Below are positions 34,352-43,227 of a DNA stretch of 54,318 nt, in pieces (within the stretch, counting starts at the first letter, position 1; each line of letters starts with the position of its first letter). The stretch covers positions 1 through 54,318 of the forward strand of contig JBBSIF010000001.1 in assembly GCA_038232255.1 (NCBI GenBank), written 5' to 3'. Position numbers and translations under genes: made by a program. Below the pieces are notes generated by a model, which was given only the letters and a program-made list of their open reading frames with translations, had not been told where the DNA came from and did not search any database. The DNA is from Propionibacteriales bacterium. Its GTDB lineage: Bacteria; Actinomycetota; Actinomycetes; Propionibacteriales; Nocardioidaceae.

Positions 34352-34705
34352 TCAGATGAGCACCTGAGCGCGCCGCCTGACCTCCCGGCCCCGGTTCTCC
34401 CGCAGTGCGTCGATGGGCCGGCCCGGCAGCGACTCCTCGGCGGTGAGCAGCCAGTCGACCGCCTCGGCGTCGGTGAGGCCCTTGTCGGTGAGCACCGTCA
34501 GCGTCCCCGGGAGGCCCTTGACGACGACGCCGTCGAGGATGAAGGCGGCCGGGATCTCCGGCTCACGCGAGCCCGCCCGTCGCACCATGGCCAGCTCGTG
34601 GTCGCGCACCATCTGGCGCACCTTGCTCGCACTCACCCCGAGCGCCGCGGCGGCATCGGCAAGCGTCAGCCAAGCCGCGGCGGAGTCCTCCTGCTCCACG
34701 CTCAC
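34352..34705 (-). CDS. Rv2175c-like winged-helix DNA-binding protein
   Basis: Contains LTLADAAAALGVSASKVRQMVRDHELAMVRR and a C-terminal LTDAEAVDWLLT..PIDALR region. It is divergent from the PknL-like kinase, as Rv2175c is from pknL in M. tuberculosis. GTG start; the exact start codon is uncertain. Confidence 0.78.
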   Translation of the reverse strand: MSVEQEDSAAAWLTLADAAAALGVSASKVRQMVRDHELAMVRRAGSREPEIPAAFILDGVVVKGLPGTLTVLTDKGLTDAEAVDWLLTAEESLPGRPIDALRENRGREVRRRAQVLI

Positions 34706-34823
34706 CCGGACACCCTGCCATGGCGGCGCGTCCGGTCCGACGGCGGAGCGTCCGCCCGAGGCCCCCGCAGCCGCCCGGCGCGGTTGCCGAGGCACCGAGC
34801 ACGCCGTACGTAAACTCGGGCCC

Positions 34824-36884
34824 GTGCACAACCCTGCCCCCGCTGATCCGCTCGTCGGGCGGCTGCTCGACGAGCGCTACCGCGTCGAGGCCAAGATCGC
34901 CCGCGGCGGCATGGCGACGGTCTACGTGGCGACCGACCTGAGGCTGGACCGGCGGATCGCTCTCAAGGTCATGCCGCACGCGCTCGCCGACGACGACGAC
35001 TTCACCTCGCGCTTTGTCCGGGAGGCCCGGGCCGCGGCTCGGCTCACCCATCCGAACGTCGTCGCGGTCTACGACCAGGGCGAGGACGACGGGGTGCTGT
35101 TCCTCGCGATGGAGTACGTCGACGGGCGCCGGACGCTTCGCGACCTGGTTCGCGAACAGGCGCCTCTTCCGCCCGGATCCGCGCTCGCGATCTTCGAGGA
35201 GATCCTGCGGGCGATGGCCGCTGCTCACGAGTCCGGCATCATCCACCGCGACATCAAGCCCGAGAACGTGCTGATCGGGCCGCGGGGCCAGGTGAAGGTG
35301 GCCGACTTCGGGCTGGCACGGGCGATCAGCTCGTCCACGAGCGCCACGGCCACCGGCGGTGTGCTGATGGGCACGGTGTCCTACCTGCCACCGGAGCTGG
35401 TGACGGACGGCCGAGCCGACTCCCGCTCCGACGTCTACTCCCTCGGCGTTGTGCTGTTCGAGCTGCTCACCGGCCAGAAACCGCACACCGGCGAGACGCC
35501 GATCCAGGTCGCCTACAAGCACGTGCACGAGGACGTGCCCGCGCCGTCCAGCCTGACGCCCGGCATCCCGCCGTACCTCGACGCGTACGTCGCGCGGGCG
35601 ACCTCCCGCTCGCGTGAGGTGCGCCCCACCGACGCCTCCGTGATGCTGCACCAGCTGCGCAGGGTCCGGCACGCGGTCGACCACGGCGTCGACGACGACG
35701 CGGAGCTCACCGACGACCTCACCCCGATGGCTGCCGTACCGAAGTCGGCCGCCGGCCTCCCCCTGGCGTACGCCGGTGCCCCCGCCCCGAGCCGCGCCAT
35801 GGCCGGTGCCGATGGGCACTCCTCGCCGTCCGCCTTCAGCGGCTTCGGTCAGGACGCGGCCGGCGACGCCCGCACCACGGTCGTCGGAGCTCACGGAACC
35901 CGGCCCGTCGCGACAGCGGAGGCCCCATGGTTCCAGCAGCAGGCGCCGGCACCGCCGCTGCACGGCTCGACAGCGACCAAGCGGGGGGCGGCCCCCCGCC
36001 GGCGGCGCCGCGGTTGGGTCGCGTTCCTGGTGGTCCTCGTGCTGGCCGCGTCGGCTGCGGTCGCCGGCTGGTACTACGGCGCCGGCCGCTACCAGCAGAC
36101 GCCGGACGTGACGGGCATGAGCCAGACTGCCGCTGCGGCGAAGCTCGAGGCGGCGGGGCTGAGCCTCGACGTCACCGCGACGTCGTACTCCGAGACCGTT
36201 GCCGCCGGTCTGCTGATCTCGACCGACCCCGGTCCCGGCCAGGACGTCCTCGCGGACGGCACCGTCGCGGCCGTGATCTCGGCCGGCCCGGAACGGCACG
36301 ACGTTCCCAGCCTCCCGGGGATGACGGAGTCCGAGGCCGCCAAGTTGGTCACGGGCGTCCACCTGTCCGTGGGACGCGTCAGTCATGTCTGGAGCGAGAC
36401 GGTCGCCGCGGGCGTGGTCGTCAGCGTCCGTCCGGAGCCCGGAACACCGCTGAAGCGCAACGCACCCGTCAGCATGGTCGTCAGCAAAGGGCCTCAGCCG
36501 ATCGCGATCCCGAGCTTCGTGAACAAGGACGCGAGCGCTGCCGTCGCGAGGCTGACCGCGCTGGGCTTCACCACCGAGCAGACCGAGCGCTACGACGACC
36601 AGGTCGCGGCCGGCGTGGTCATCACACAGTCGCCGCGGTCGGGAACCGGACACCGGGGCGACTCCATCCGGCTGAGCGTCAGCCGAGGCCCGCATCTGGT
36701 CCCTGTTCCGGACGTGGACAACTCGGGCGTCGCCGCCGCCGAGGCGGCGCTCCAGCAAGCCGGCTTCTCCGTCGACGTCCAGAAGAACACCCCGAGCTTC
36801 GGCCTGGGGTTCGTCGTGTCCCAGTCCCCGAGCGCCGACGCCATGGCGCCCTACGGCTCGACCGTGACGATCTACATCGTCTGA
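34824..36884 (+). CDS. pknL: Ser/Thr protein kinase with four extracellular PASTA domains (PknL-like)
   Basis: Hanks kinase motifs (GGMATVYVA, ALKV, HRDIKPEN, DFGLAR, PPE), a TM helix (WVAFLVVLVLAASAAVAGWYY) and four PASTA repeats. The GTG at 34824 is where homology begins. The symbol is assigned by synteny only. Confidence 0.9.
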   Translation: MHNPAPADPLVGRLLDERYRVEAKIARGGMATVYVATDLRLDRRIALKVMPHALADDDDFTSRFVREARAAARLTHPNVVAVYDQGEDDGVLFLAMEYVDGRRTLRDLVREQAPLPPGSALAIFEEILRAMAAAHESGIIHRDIKPENVLIGPRGQVKVADFGLARAISSSTSATATGGVLMGTVSYLPPELVTDGRADSRSDVYSLGVVLFELLTGQKPHTGETPIQVAYKHVHEDVPAPSSLTPGIPPYLDAYVARATSRSREVRPTDASVMLHQLRRVRHAVDHGVDDDAELTDDLTPMAAVPKSAAGLPLAYAGAPAPSRAMAGADGHSSPSAFSGFGQDAAGDARTTVVGAHGTRPVATAEAPWFQQQAPAPPLHGSTATKRGAAPRRRRRGWVAFLVVLVLAASAAVAGWYYGAGRYQQTPDVTGMSQTAAAAKLEAAGLSLDVTATSYSETVAAGLLISTDPGPGQDVLADGTVAAVISAGPERHDVPSLPGMTESEAAKLVTGVHLSVGRVSHVWSETVAAGVVVSVRPEPGTPLKRNAPVSMVVSKGPQPIAIPSFVNKDASAAVARLTALGFTTEQTERYDDQVAAGVVITQSPRSGTGHRGDSIRLSVSRGPHLVPVPDVDNSGVAAAEAALQQAGFSVDVQKNTPSFGLGFVVSQSPSADAMAPYGSTVTIYIV

Positions 36885-36915
36885 GCGCCCGCGAGGCTCA
36901 CCCTAGGCTGAGCCG

Positions 36916-37848
36916 GTGAGGACGGACCGCCGGACCGGGCTGCTGCCCACCGTTGCCCTTCTCGGCGTCACGGCGTCCTGGGGTTCCACGTTCTTCCTCA
37001 TCAAGGACCTGCTGCACGAGATCTCCGTGCTCGACTTCCTGGGTCTGAGGTTCGCGATCGCTGGCGTCGTCGCGTTCGCACTGGCGCACCGGACCGTCTT
37101 CCGGCTCTCCCGCTCCGACGTGGGAAGAGCCGTCCTCCTCGGTCTCATCTACGGCAGCGCGCAAGTGCTGCAGACGATCGGGCTGTCGCAGACCGCGGCG
37201 AGCGTGTCGGGCTTCGTCACGGGGATGTACGTCGTCGCGACTCCCCTCCTCGCGGCGGGACTGTTCCGCGAGCACATCCGCGTCACCGTGTGGCTCGCGG
37301 TGGCGCTGTCCGCAACCGGGCTCGGCTTCCTCGCCCTGCACGGCTTGTCCGTGTCACTGGGTGTGGGGCTGATCTTCGCCTCCGCGATGTTGTACGCCGT
37401 CCACATCCTGGGGCTCGGACAGTGGTCGCGGTCGACGAACGCCGTCGGCCTGTCCGTCGTGCAGCTCATGGTGATCGGCGCGCTCTGCCTGGTCTGCACG
37501 GCGCCCACCGGCATCGGCACGCCGTCCTCGTTCGGCGGCTGGTCGTCACTGATCTACATGGCGCTCGTCCCAGGGGCGATGGCGATCCTCGCGCAGACGT
37601 GGGCGCAGGCCCACCTCTCCGCGACCAGGACCGCGGTGATCATGACGATGGAGCCGGTCTGGGCGGCGTTCTTCGCCGTGCTCTTCGGAGGCGAGTCGTT
37701 GACGGTCCGGATGGTCGTGGGCGGCGGCTTCGTGCTGGCCGCCATGTACGTCGTCGAGCTGTCGCCGCGCGGCGACGAGCCGCCTCCCGCCGAGCACCCG
37801 CCGAAGCCGGCCACGACCGCCGCTCCCACGCCCCAGCTGCCGCTCTGA
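36916..37848 (+). CDS. DMT-superfamily (EamA-like) transporter
   Basis: About 10 TM helices in two EamA-type halves, with N-terminus LLGVTASWGSTFFLIKD. Confidence 0.87.
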   Translation: MRTDRRTGLLPTVALLGVTASWGSTFFLIKDLLHEISVLDFLGLRFAIAGVVAFALAHRTVFRLSRSDVGRAVLLGLIYGSAQVLQTIGLSQTAASVSGFVTGMYVVATPLLAAGLFREHIRVTVWLAVALSATGLGFLALHGLSVSLGVGLIFASAMLYAVHILGLGQWSRSTNAVGLSVVQLMVIGALCLVCTAPTGIGTPSSFGGWSSLIYMALVPGAMAILAQTWAQAHLSATRTAVIMTMEPVWAAFFAVLFGGESLTVRMVVGGGFVLAAMYVVELSPRGDEPPPAEHPPKPATTAAPTPQLPL

Positions 37849-37875
37849 CCCCACGGTTGGGTTCCCCCTCCGCCA

Positions 37876-37919
37876 AGATCCGACGGCCAGGTCGTCAGGG
37901 CGGCCCAGTCGTCGGATCT
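37876..37919. terminator. Bidirectional terminator-like hairpin between convergent genes
   Basis: AGATCCGACG (37876-37885), a 24-nt loop, then CGTCGGATCT (37910-37919). This is a perfect 10-bp stem with no clear U-tract. Confidence 0.4.
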
Positions 37920-37951
37920 CCCGCGCGGGCAGCAGCGGGGCTAGCCCAGGG

Positions 37952-38968
37952 CTAGCCCGGATTCTGAGCGCCGACCGCCGCGGCGAGGACGGTGGCGGCC
38001 TCTCGCGCCTGCGCCGCCGAGACGTCGAGATGCGTGACGGCGCGTACGACGTTGGGGCCGACCGCTCCGACGAGTACGCCGCCATCGGCGCACCGCCGCA
38101 CCAGCCCGGCGGCGTCGGACGTCGGGATGACCACGATGTTCGTCTCGACGTCGGCTGCCTCGAGGCCGGCGGCCGCGCCCAGCACCGCGGCGTTCGCGTG
38201 GTCGTCGGCGAGCCGGTCCAGATGGTGGTCCAGCGCGTAGAGTCCGGCCGCGGCCAGCACCCCCGCCTGCCGCCAGCCTCCTCCGAGCCGCTTGCGCCAG
38301 ACCCGGGCCTCTGTCACCTGGTCGCGTGAGGCGAGCAGCAGCGAGCCAACGGGCGCGCCCAGCCCCTTGGACAGCGACACCTGCATGGTGTCGGCCGCCT
38401 CTGCCCCCAGCGCGCGAAGCGGCGTACCCGTTGCCACGTGGGCGTTCCAGACCCGGGCACCGTCGACGTGGACCCGGATCCCCGTCTGGTCCGCGTACGA
38501 CCGCAGGGCGCGCAGCGACTCGCTCGGCTGGACCCGCCCGCCCGCGAAGTTGTGCGTGTTCTCGACCGAGACACCGGCGGTGCGCACGAAGAAGGGGCCG
38601 AGGTCCGGAGCGCGCAGCTGCTCGATCGCCGGCAGGTCCACCCGCCCGCGCTGGTCGGTCCAGGTGCGCATCGTGATGCCGCTGACGGCGGCGTGCACGC
38701 CGAGCTCGGCGCGGGCGAGGTGCGCCGACGCCTCACAGAGCACCTCCTCGCCGACGGCGACGAGCGCGCGCACCGCGAGGAGGTTGGCCAGCGAGCCCGT
38801 GACGGTGAACAGCGCCGCCTCGAAGCCGAACATGCCGGCAACCCGCTCCTCGAGGGCGGCCACGGTGGGATCCTCGCCGTACACGTCGTCCCCCACGTCG
38901 GCGGCGGCCATCGCCTGGCGCATCCCCGGGGTGGGCCGGGTGACGGTGTCGCTTCGGAGGTCGATCAT
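37952..38968 (-). CDS. ltaE: Low-specificity L-threonine aldolase
   Basis: Contains MIDLRSDTVTRPTPGMRQAM...DDVYGEDPTV and the PLP-lysine region SLSKGLGAPVGS. Confidence 0.9.
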   Translation of the reverse strand: MIDLRSDTVTRPTPGMRQAMAAADVGDDVYGEDPTVAALEERVAGMFGFEAALFTVTGSLANLLAVRALVAVGEEVLCEASAHLARAELGVHAAVSGITMRTWTDQRGRVDLPAIEQLRAPDLGPFFVRTAGVSVENTHNFAGGRVQPSESLRALRSYADQTGIRVHVDGARVWNAHVATGTPLRALGAEAADTMQVSLSKGLGAPVGSLLLASRDQVTEARVWRKRLGGGWRQAGVLAAAGLYALDHHLDRLADDHANAAVLGAAAGLEAADVETNIVVIPTSDAAGLVRRCADGGVLVGAVGPNVVRAVTHLDVSAAQAREAATVLAAAVGAQNPG

Positions 38969-39007
38969 CGGGCCGGCGCTCCCGCGGGAGAGGTCGTCGG
39001 CAGCGCG

Positions 39008-40348
39008 TCAGCCACGGACCGGGTTCAGCATCTCCGCCACCAGGAAGGCGAGCTCCAGCGACTGGGTCCTGTTCAGCCGCGGGTCGCAGACGGACTCGTA
39101 GCGGTTGTGGAGGTGGTGCTCGTCGAGGGCCTCGCCCCCGCCGACGCACTCGGTCACGTCGCCACCGGTGAGCTCGACGTGCAGCCCGCCGGGCCAGGTC
39201 CCAAGACTGTGGTGCACCTCGAAGAACCCACGGACCTCGTCGATGACGTCGTCGAAGTTGCGCGTCTTGTAGCCCGTCGAGGTCTCGAACGTGTTGCCGT
39301 GCATGGGGTCGGTGACCCAGGCGACCTGCACGCCGGCAGCCGTCACCTTGTCGACGAGGGTCGGAAGGACGTCGCGGATCCGCTCGGCGCCCATCCTGGT
39401 GATGAACGTGAGGCGGCCCGGCTCGTTGTCGGGGTTGAGCTTCGTGGCCAGCGCGAGTGCCTCGTCGGGGGTCGCCGTGGGGCCCAGCTTGACGCCCACC
39501 GGGTTGCGGACCGCCGACATCAGCTCCACATGGGCGCCGTCCAGCTGGCGGGTGCGCTCGCCGACCCAGAGGAAGTGGCCCGAGACGTCGTACGGCCGCC
39601 CGGTCCGGGAGTCGATCCTGGTGAGGGCGTGCTCGTACTCCAGGATGAGCGCCTCGTGGCTGCTGTGGAAGGCGACCCGGTGCAGCTCCTCCGACTCGGC
39701 TCCGATCGCCTTCATGAAGTCCAACGCCCGCTCGATGTCGGCGGACATCCGCTCGTAGACGGCCCCGACCGGGCTTGTCCGGACGAAGTCGGTGTTCCAT
39801 GCGTGCATCTGACGCAGGTCAGCGAACCCGCCCTGCAGGAAGGCTCGGCAGAGGTTCAACGTGGCGGCCGATGCGTTGTAGACCTCGACGAGCCGGCCGG
39901 GGTCCGGGCGCCTGCTCGCGGCGGAGAACTCGAAGCCGTTCACGGCGTCGCCGCGGTAGGCGGGCAGCTCGACGCCCTCCCGCACCTCGACGTCACTCGA
40001 GCGCGGCTTGGCGTACTGGCCGGCGATCCGGCCGATCTTGACGACGGGGACCGACGCGCCGTACGTGAGGACGACCGCCATCTGCAGGAGCACCTGGAGC
40101 TTGGCCCGGACCCGGTCAGCGGTCACCCCGTCGAACGTCTCCGCGCAGTCGCCACCTTGGAGCAGGAAGGCCTCACCGGCTGCGACCTTGGCGAGGCTCG
40201 CCAACAGGTCGTCGCACTCCCCCGCGAAGACCAGCGGCGGCTTGGACCGCAGCTGCCGCACCGCCTCGTCGACGGCACCCGGGTCCGGCCAGGTCGGCTG
40301 CTGACGGGCGCCGGACTGGTGCAGCTGTTCGAGGCTCGGGACACTCAC
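39008..40348 (-). CDS. aroG: Class II 3-deoxy-7-phosphoheptulonate (DAHP) synthase
   Basis: 446-aa ORF with FLLQGGDCAETF, KIGRIAGQYAKPRS, WVGERTRQLDGAH and DPMHGNT motifs typical of plant-like/actinobacterial class II DAHPS. Confidence 0.93.
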   Translation of the reverse strand: MSVPSLEQLHQSGARQQPTWPDPGAVDEAVRQLRSKPPLVFAGECDDLLASLAKVAAGEAFLLQGGDCAETFDGVTADRVRAKLQVLLQMAVVLTYGASVPVVKIGRIAGQYAKPRSSDVEVREGVELPAYRGDAVNGFEFSAASRRPDPGRLVEVYNASAATLNLCRAFLQGGFADLRQMHAWNTDFVRTSPVGAVYERMSADIERALDFMKAIGAESEELHRVAFHSSHEALILEYEHALTRIDSRTGRPYDVSGHFLWVGERTRQLDGAHVELMSAVRNPVGVKLGPTATPDEALALATKLNPDNEPGRLTFITRMGAERIRDVLPTLVDKVTAAGVQVAWVTDPMHGNTFETSTGYKTRNFDDVIDEVRGFFEVHHSLGTWPGGLHVELTGGDVTECVGGGEALDEHHLHNRYESVCDPRLNRTQSLELAFLVAEMLNPVRG

Positions 40349-40389
40349 ACGGCAAGAGTAGTTGGCACCCTTCCGCAGTCCGCTCGGGC

Positions 40390-41415
40390 TCAGCCGAACA
40401 GCACCTCAGCCTCGTTGTACTGCGACGGGTCGACGGTCTTCAGGGTCCCGGTGCCCTCGACGAGCGGCACCCGGACGATGTCCGTGCCGCGAAGCGCCAC
40501 CATCGTGCCGAAGTCCCCGTCGTGGACCGCCGTGATCGCGTGCAGCCCGAAGCGGGTGGCGAGCCATCGATCGAAGGCGGTCGGGGTGCCGCCCCGTTGC
40601 ACGTGCCCGATGACCACGGTCCGCGCCTCCTTGCCGGTGCGCCCCTCGATCTCCTGCGCCAGCCGGTCGCCGATGCCCCCCAGCCGGGCGTGTCCGAAGG
40701 CGTCCAGCTGCCCGGTGACCGTCTCCATGGTTCCTTCGACCGGCACGGCACCTTCGGCGACGACGATGATCGGCGCGTACTGCATCCCGAAACGGTGCTC
40801 GACGAGCGCGCAGACCCGCTCGATGTCGAACGGCTGCTCGGGGATCAAGATGATGTTGGCGCCACCCGCGAGACCGGAGTGCAGCGCGATCCAGCCGGCG
40901 TGCCTGCCCATCACCTCGACGACCAGCACCCGGTGGTGGGACTCCGCCGTGGTGTGCAGCCGATCGATCGCCTCCATGGCGATGTTGACGGCGGTGTCGA
41001 ACCCGAAGGTGAAGTCCGTGGCGCTGAGGTCGTTGTCGATCGTCTTCGGTACGCCGACCACCGCGACGCCGAGGTCGGCGAGCCGAGTCGCGACACCGAG
41101 GGTGTCCTCTCCGCCGATCGCGACCAGCGCCTCGACACCGTTGGCCGCCAGGTTCGCGCGAATCTGGTCGACCCCGCCGTCGATCGCGAACGGGTTGGTG
41201 CGTGACGAGCCGAGGATCGTGCCACCCCGGGGCAGGATCCCGCGCACCTGTGGAATCCCGAGCTCGGAGGTGAGGTTCTCGAGCGGCCCCCGCCACCCGT
41301 CGCGGAAGCCGACGAAGTCGTAGCCGTACTCCGTGACGCCCTTGCGGACGACGGCCCGGATGACGGCGTTGAGCCCGGGGCAGTCCCCACCGCCGGTCAG
41401 CACTCCGACGCGCAT
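40390..41415 (-). CDS. pfkA: 6-phosphofructokinase
   Basis: Contains VLTGGGDCPGLNAVIRAVV, IGGEDTLG, PKTIDNDL, MGRHAGW and GHVQRGG motifs. Confidence 0.93.
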   Translation of the reverse strand: MRVGVLTGGGDCPGLNAVIRAVVRKGVTEYGYDFVGFRDGWRGPLENLTSELGIPQVRGILPRGGTILGSSRTNPFAIDGGVDQIRANLAANGVEALVAIGGEDTLGVATRLADLGVAVVGVPKTIDNDLSATDFTFGFDTAVNIAMEAIDRLHTTAESHHRVLVVEVMGRHAGWIALHSGLAGGANIILIPEQPFDIERVCALVEHRFGMQYAPIIVVAEGAVPVEGTMETVTGQLDAFGHARLGGIGDRLAQEIEGRTGKEARTVVIGHVQRGGTPTAFDRWLATRFGLHAITAVHDGDFGTMVALRGTDIVRVPLVEGTGTLKTVDPSQYNEAEVLFG

Positions 41416-41469
41416 GAGGAGCTCCTTGGAAGCGTGAGGTCGAGTGAGGGGAAGAGTAGAGGAGAGCGG

Positions 41470-42231
41470 TCAGGCGCTCTTCTTGGTCTCGCTGCGCGTG
41501 GCGGCGAGAGCCTTGGCTCGCGCCTTCGCGGCGGCGGCCGCGGCCTTCGTCTCCGCCTGCGCGTCCTCCTTCGCACGGCTGGCGTAGACGTCGACGTACT
41601 CCTGCCCCGAGAGGTTCAAGATCTCGTACATGATCTCGTCGGTGATCGACCGGAGGACGAACCTGTCCTCCTCCATCCCCTCGTAGCGGGAGAAGTCGAG
41701 GGGCTTGCCGAAGCGCACCACGGGACGGGCGAACCTGCCGAAGACTTTGCCCGGCGGGGCCACCACGTTCGTGCCGATGACGGCGACGGGGACCACCGGC
41801 ACCTTCGCCTCCAGGGCCATCCGAGCCACCCCCGTCTTGCCCCGGTACAGCCGTCCGTCGTGGGACCGGGTGCCCTCGGGGTAGATCCCGAACAGCCCAC
41901 CGGACCGCAGGATCTTGAGGCCTGTGGTGATGGCCCCGGCCGCCGCCGTCCCGCTGGACCGGTCGATCGGCACCTGCCCGGCGCCGGCGAAGAACGTCTT
42001 CTGCAGCCAGCCCTTGAGCCCAGGGGTTGTGAAGTACTCGGCCTTCGCCACGAATGTGACCCGACGCGGGATCGCGAGCGGCATGAACAGCCAGTCGGAG
42101 TAGGACAAGTGGTTGCTCGCGAGGATGGCGGGTCCCTCCTCCGGCACGTTCTCGGTGCCCTCGGCGTCGGTCCGGAACATCAGCTTGAGCAGCGGACCGA
42201 TCAGGACCCACTTGAGCATCCAGTAGAACAC
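41470..42231 (-). CDS. plsC: Lysophospholipid (1-acyl-sn-glycerol-3-phosphate) acyltransferase
   Basis: Acyltransferase motifs NHLSYSDW (HX4D), FVAKAE, YPEGTRS and VPVVPVAV. The GTG at 42231 is preceded by AAGGAGG with a 6-nt spacer. The long track extension is Arg-rich and non-homologous. Confidence 0.85.
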   Translation of the reverse strand: MFYWMLKWVLIGPLLKLMFRTDAEGTENVPEEGPAILASNHLSYSDWLFMPLAIPRRVTFVAKAEYFTTPGLKGWLQKTFFAGAGQVPIDRSSGTAAAGAITTGLKILRSGGLFGIYPEGTRSHDGRLYRGKTGVARMALEAKVPVVPVAVIGTNVVAPPGKVFGRFARPVVRFGKPLDFSRYEGMEEDRFVLRSITDEIMYEILNLSGQEYVDVYASRAKEDAQAETKAAAAAAKARAKALAATRSETKKSA

Positions 42232-42490
42232 CGGCGACCTCCTTGTCCCTGTCACCTTAGTGTCGATCGCCGCCGGGGGTGGCCGGTCTGTCCGGGCCGG
42301 TCGAAAAGGCACACCGGACGTGACACGATTGGCCGAGCAGACCACCCCAGCCAGGAGATCGCGGTGCCGGTACTGGCCCATGTGCAGCCGTTCGACGCCG
42401 TCGGGAGCCCGACGGGCTCTGTCGGGCTGCGCGCGCGCGCCAGTTCGGTAGCGGCGTCCAGCTGCCGGCGCATCGCCGCGGGGGCGAGCG

Positions 42491-43210
42491 ATGCGGTCTA
42501 ACGGCCTCACGGCGTCGTCGTACCTCCCGGTCGCCGACATCAACCCGAGCCTCGCGGAAGCCCTCCTCGACGAGCTCAAGGACAAGCGGATCGCCGCCTA
42601 CTCCCAGCCGGTGGACAGCCCGTCGGTCTCAGGGCTCGACCGCCCCGAGTACCGCGTCGAGGTGTTGGTTCGGCTCTACGTCGACGCGGCGGCGACGGAC
42701 CGGGCGCTGCAGCTGGTGGCTGCTCTGGATCCGCTGGTCGACCAGCGCAACGACGACCTGACCTGGGCGCAGATCGTGGCCGGCTACGACACCCCCGTCG
42801 CCACCGAGGTGGTGCCCTGGCCGGTGTACGAGGACCTCGACCCCGATCCGGCCCGCGACGCAGACCCGGCGGGCTCGCCGCCGGCGGCGGACCTCCCCTC
42901 CGCTGCCTGGAGCACTCCCGCCCGCCCGCAGCGCCCCGAGGCCCGCTTCGAGACGCACGAGACGGAGCGGTTCGTTCCTCCCGCCCCACCACCGCTGCCC
43001 CGGCTCAGCGGCGCCGACCAGGCTGCCTGGCTCGGCCTCATCGGGGGTCCCGCGGTGCTGCTCGCGGCTGCGGTGTTCGGGCTGTCGCTGCCTGCCTGGC
43101 TGACGTTGCTGGCGGCGCTCGGCTTCATCGGTGGCTTCGTCGCGCTGGTGGTCAGGATGGATGACGGCAGCGCACGCCTCGACGACCCCGATGACGGTGC
43201 CCAGGTCTGA
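42491..43210 (+). CDS. Hypothetical membrane protein (soluble N-domain, Pro-rich linker, two C-terminal TM helices)
   Basis: 239-aa ORF with good third-position GC bias. The TM pair is WLGLIGGPAVLLAAAVFGL and WLTLLAALGFIGGFVALVV. I did not recognise a family. Confidence 0.6.
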   Translation: MRSNGLTASSYLPVADINPSLAEALLDELKDKRIAAYSQPVDSPSVSGLDRPEYRVEVLVRLYVDAAATDRALQLVAALDPLVDQRNDDLTWAQIVAGYDTPVATEVVPWPVYEDLDPDPARDADPAGSPPAADLPSAAWSTPARPQRPEARFETHETERFVPPAPPPLPRLSGADQAAWLGLIGGPAVLLAAAVFGLSLPAWLTLLAALGFIGGFVALVVRMDDGSARLDDPDDGAQV

Positions 43211-43227
43211 GGCCTAGCCTGGGGCCT

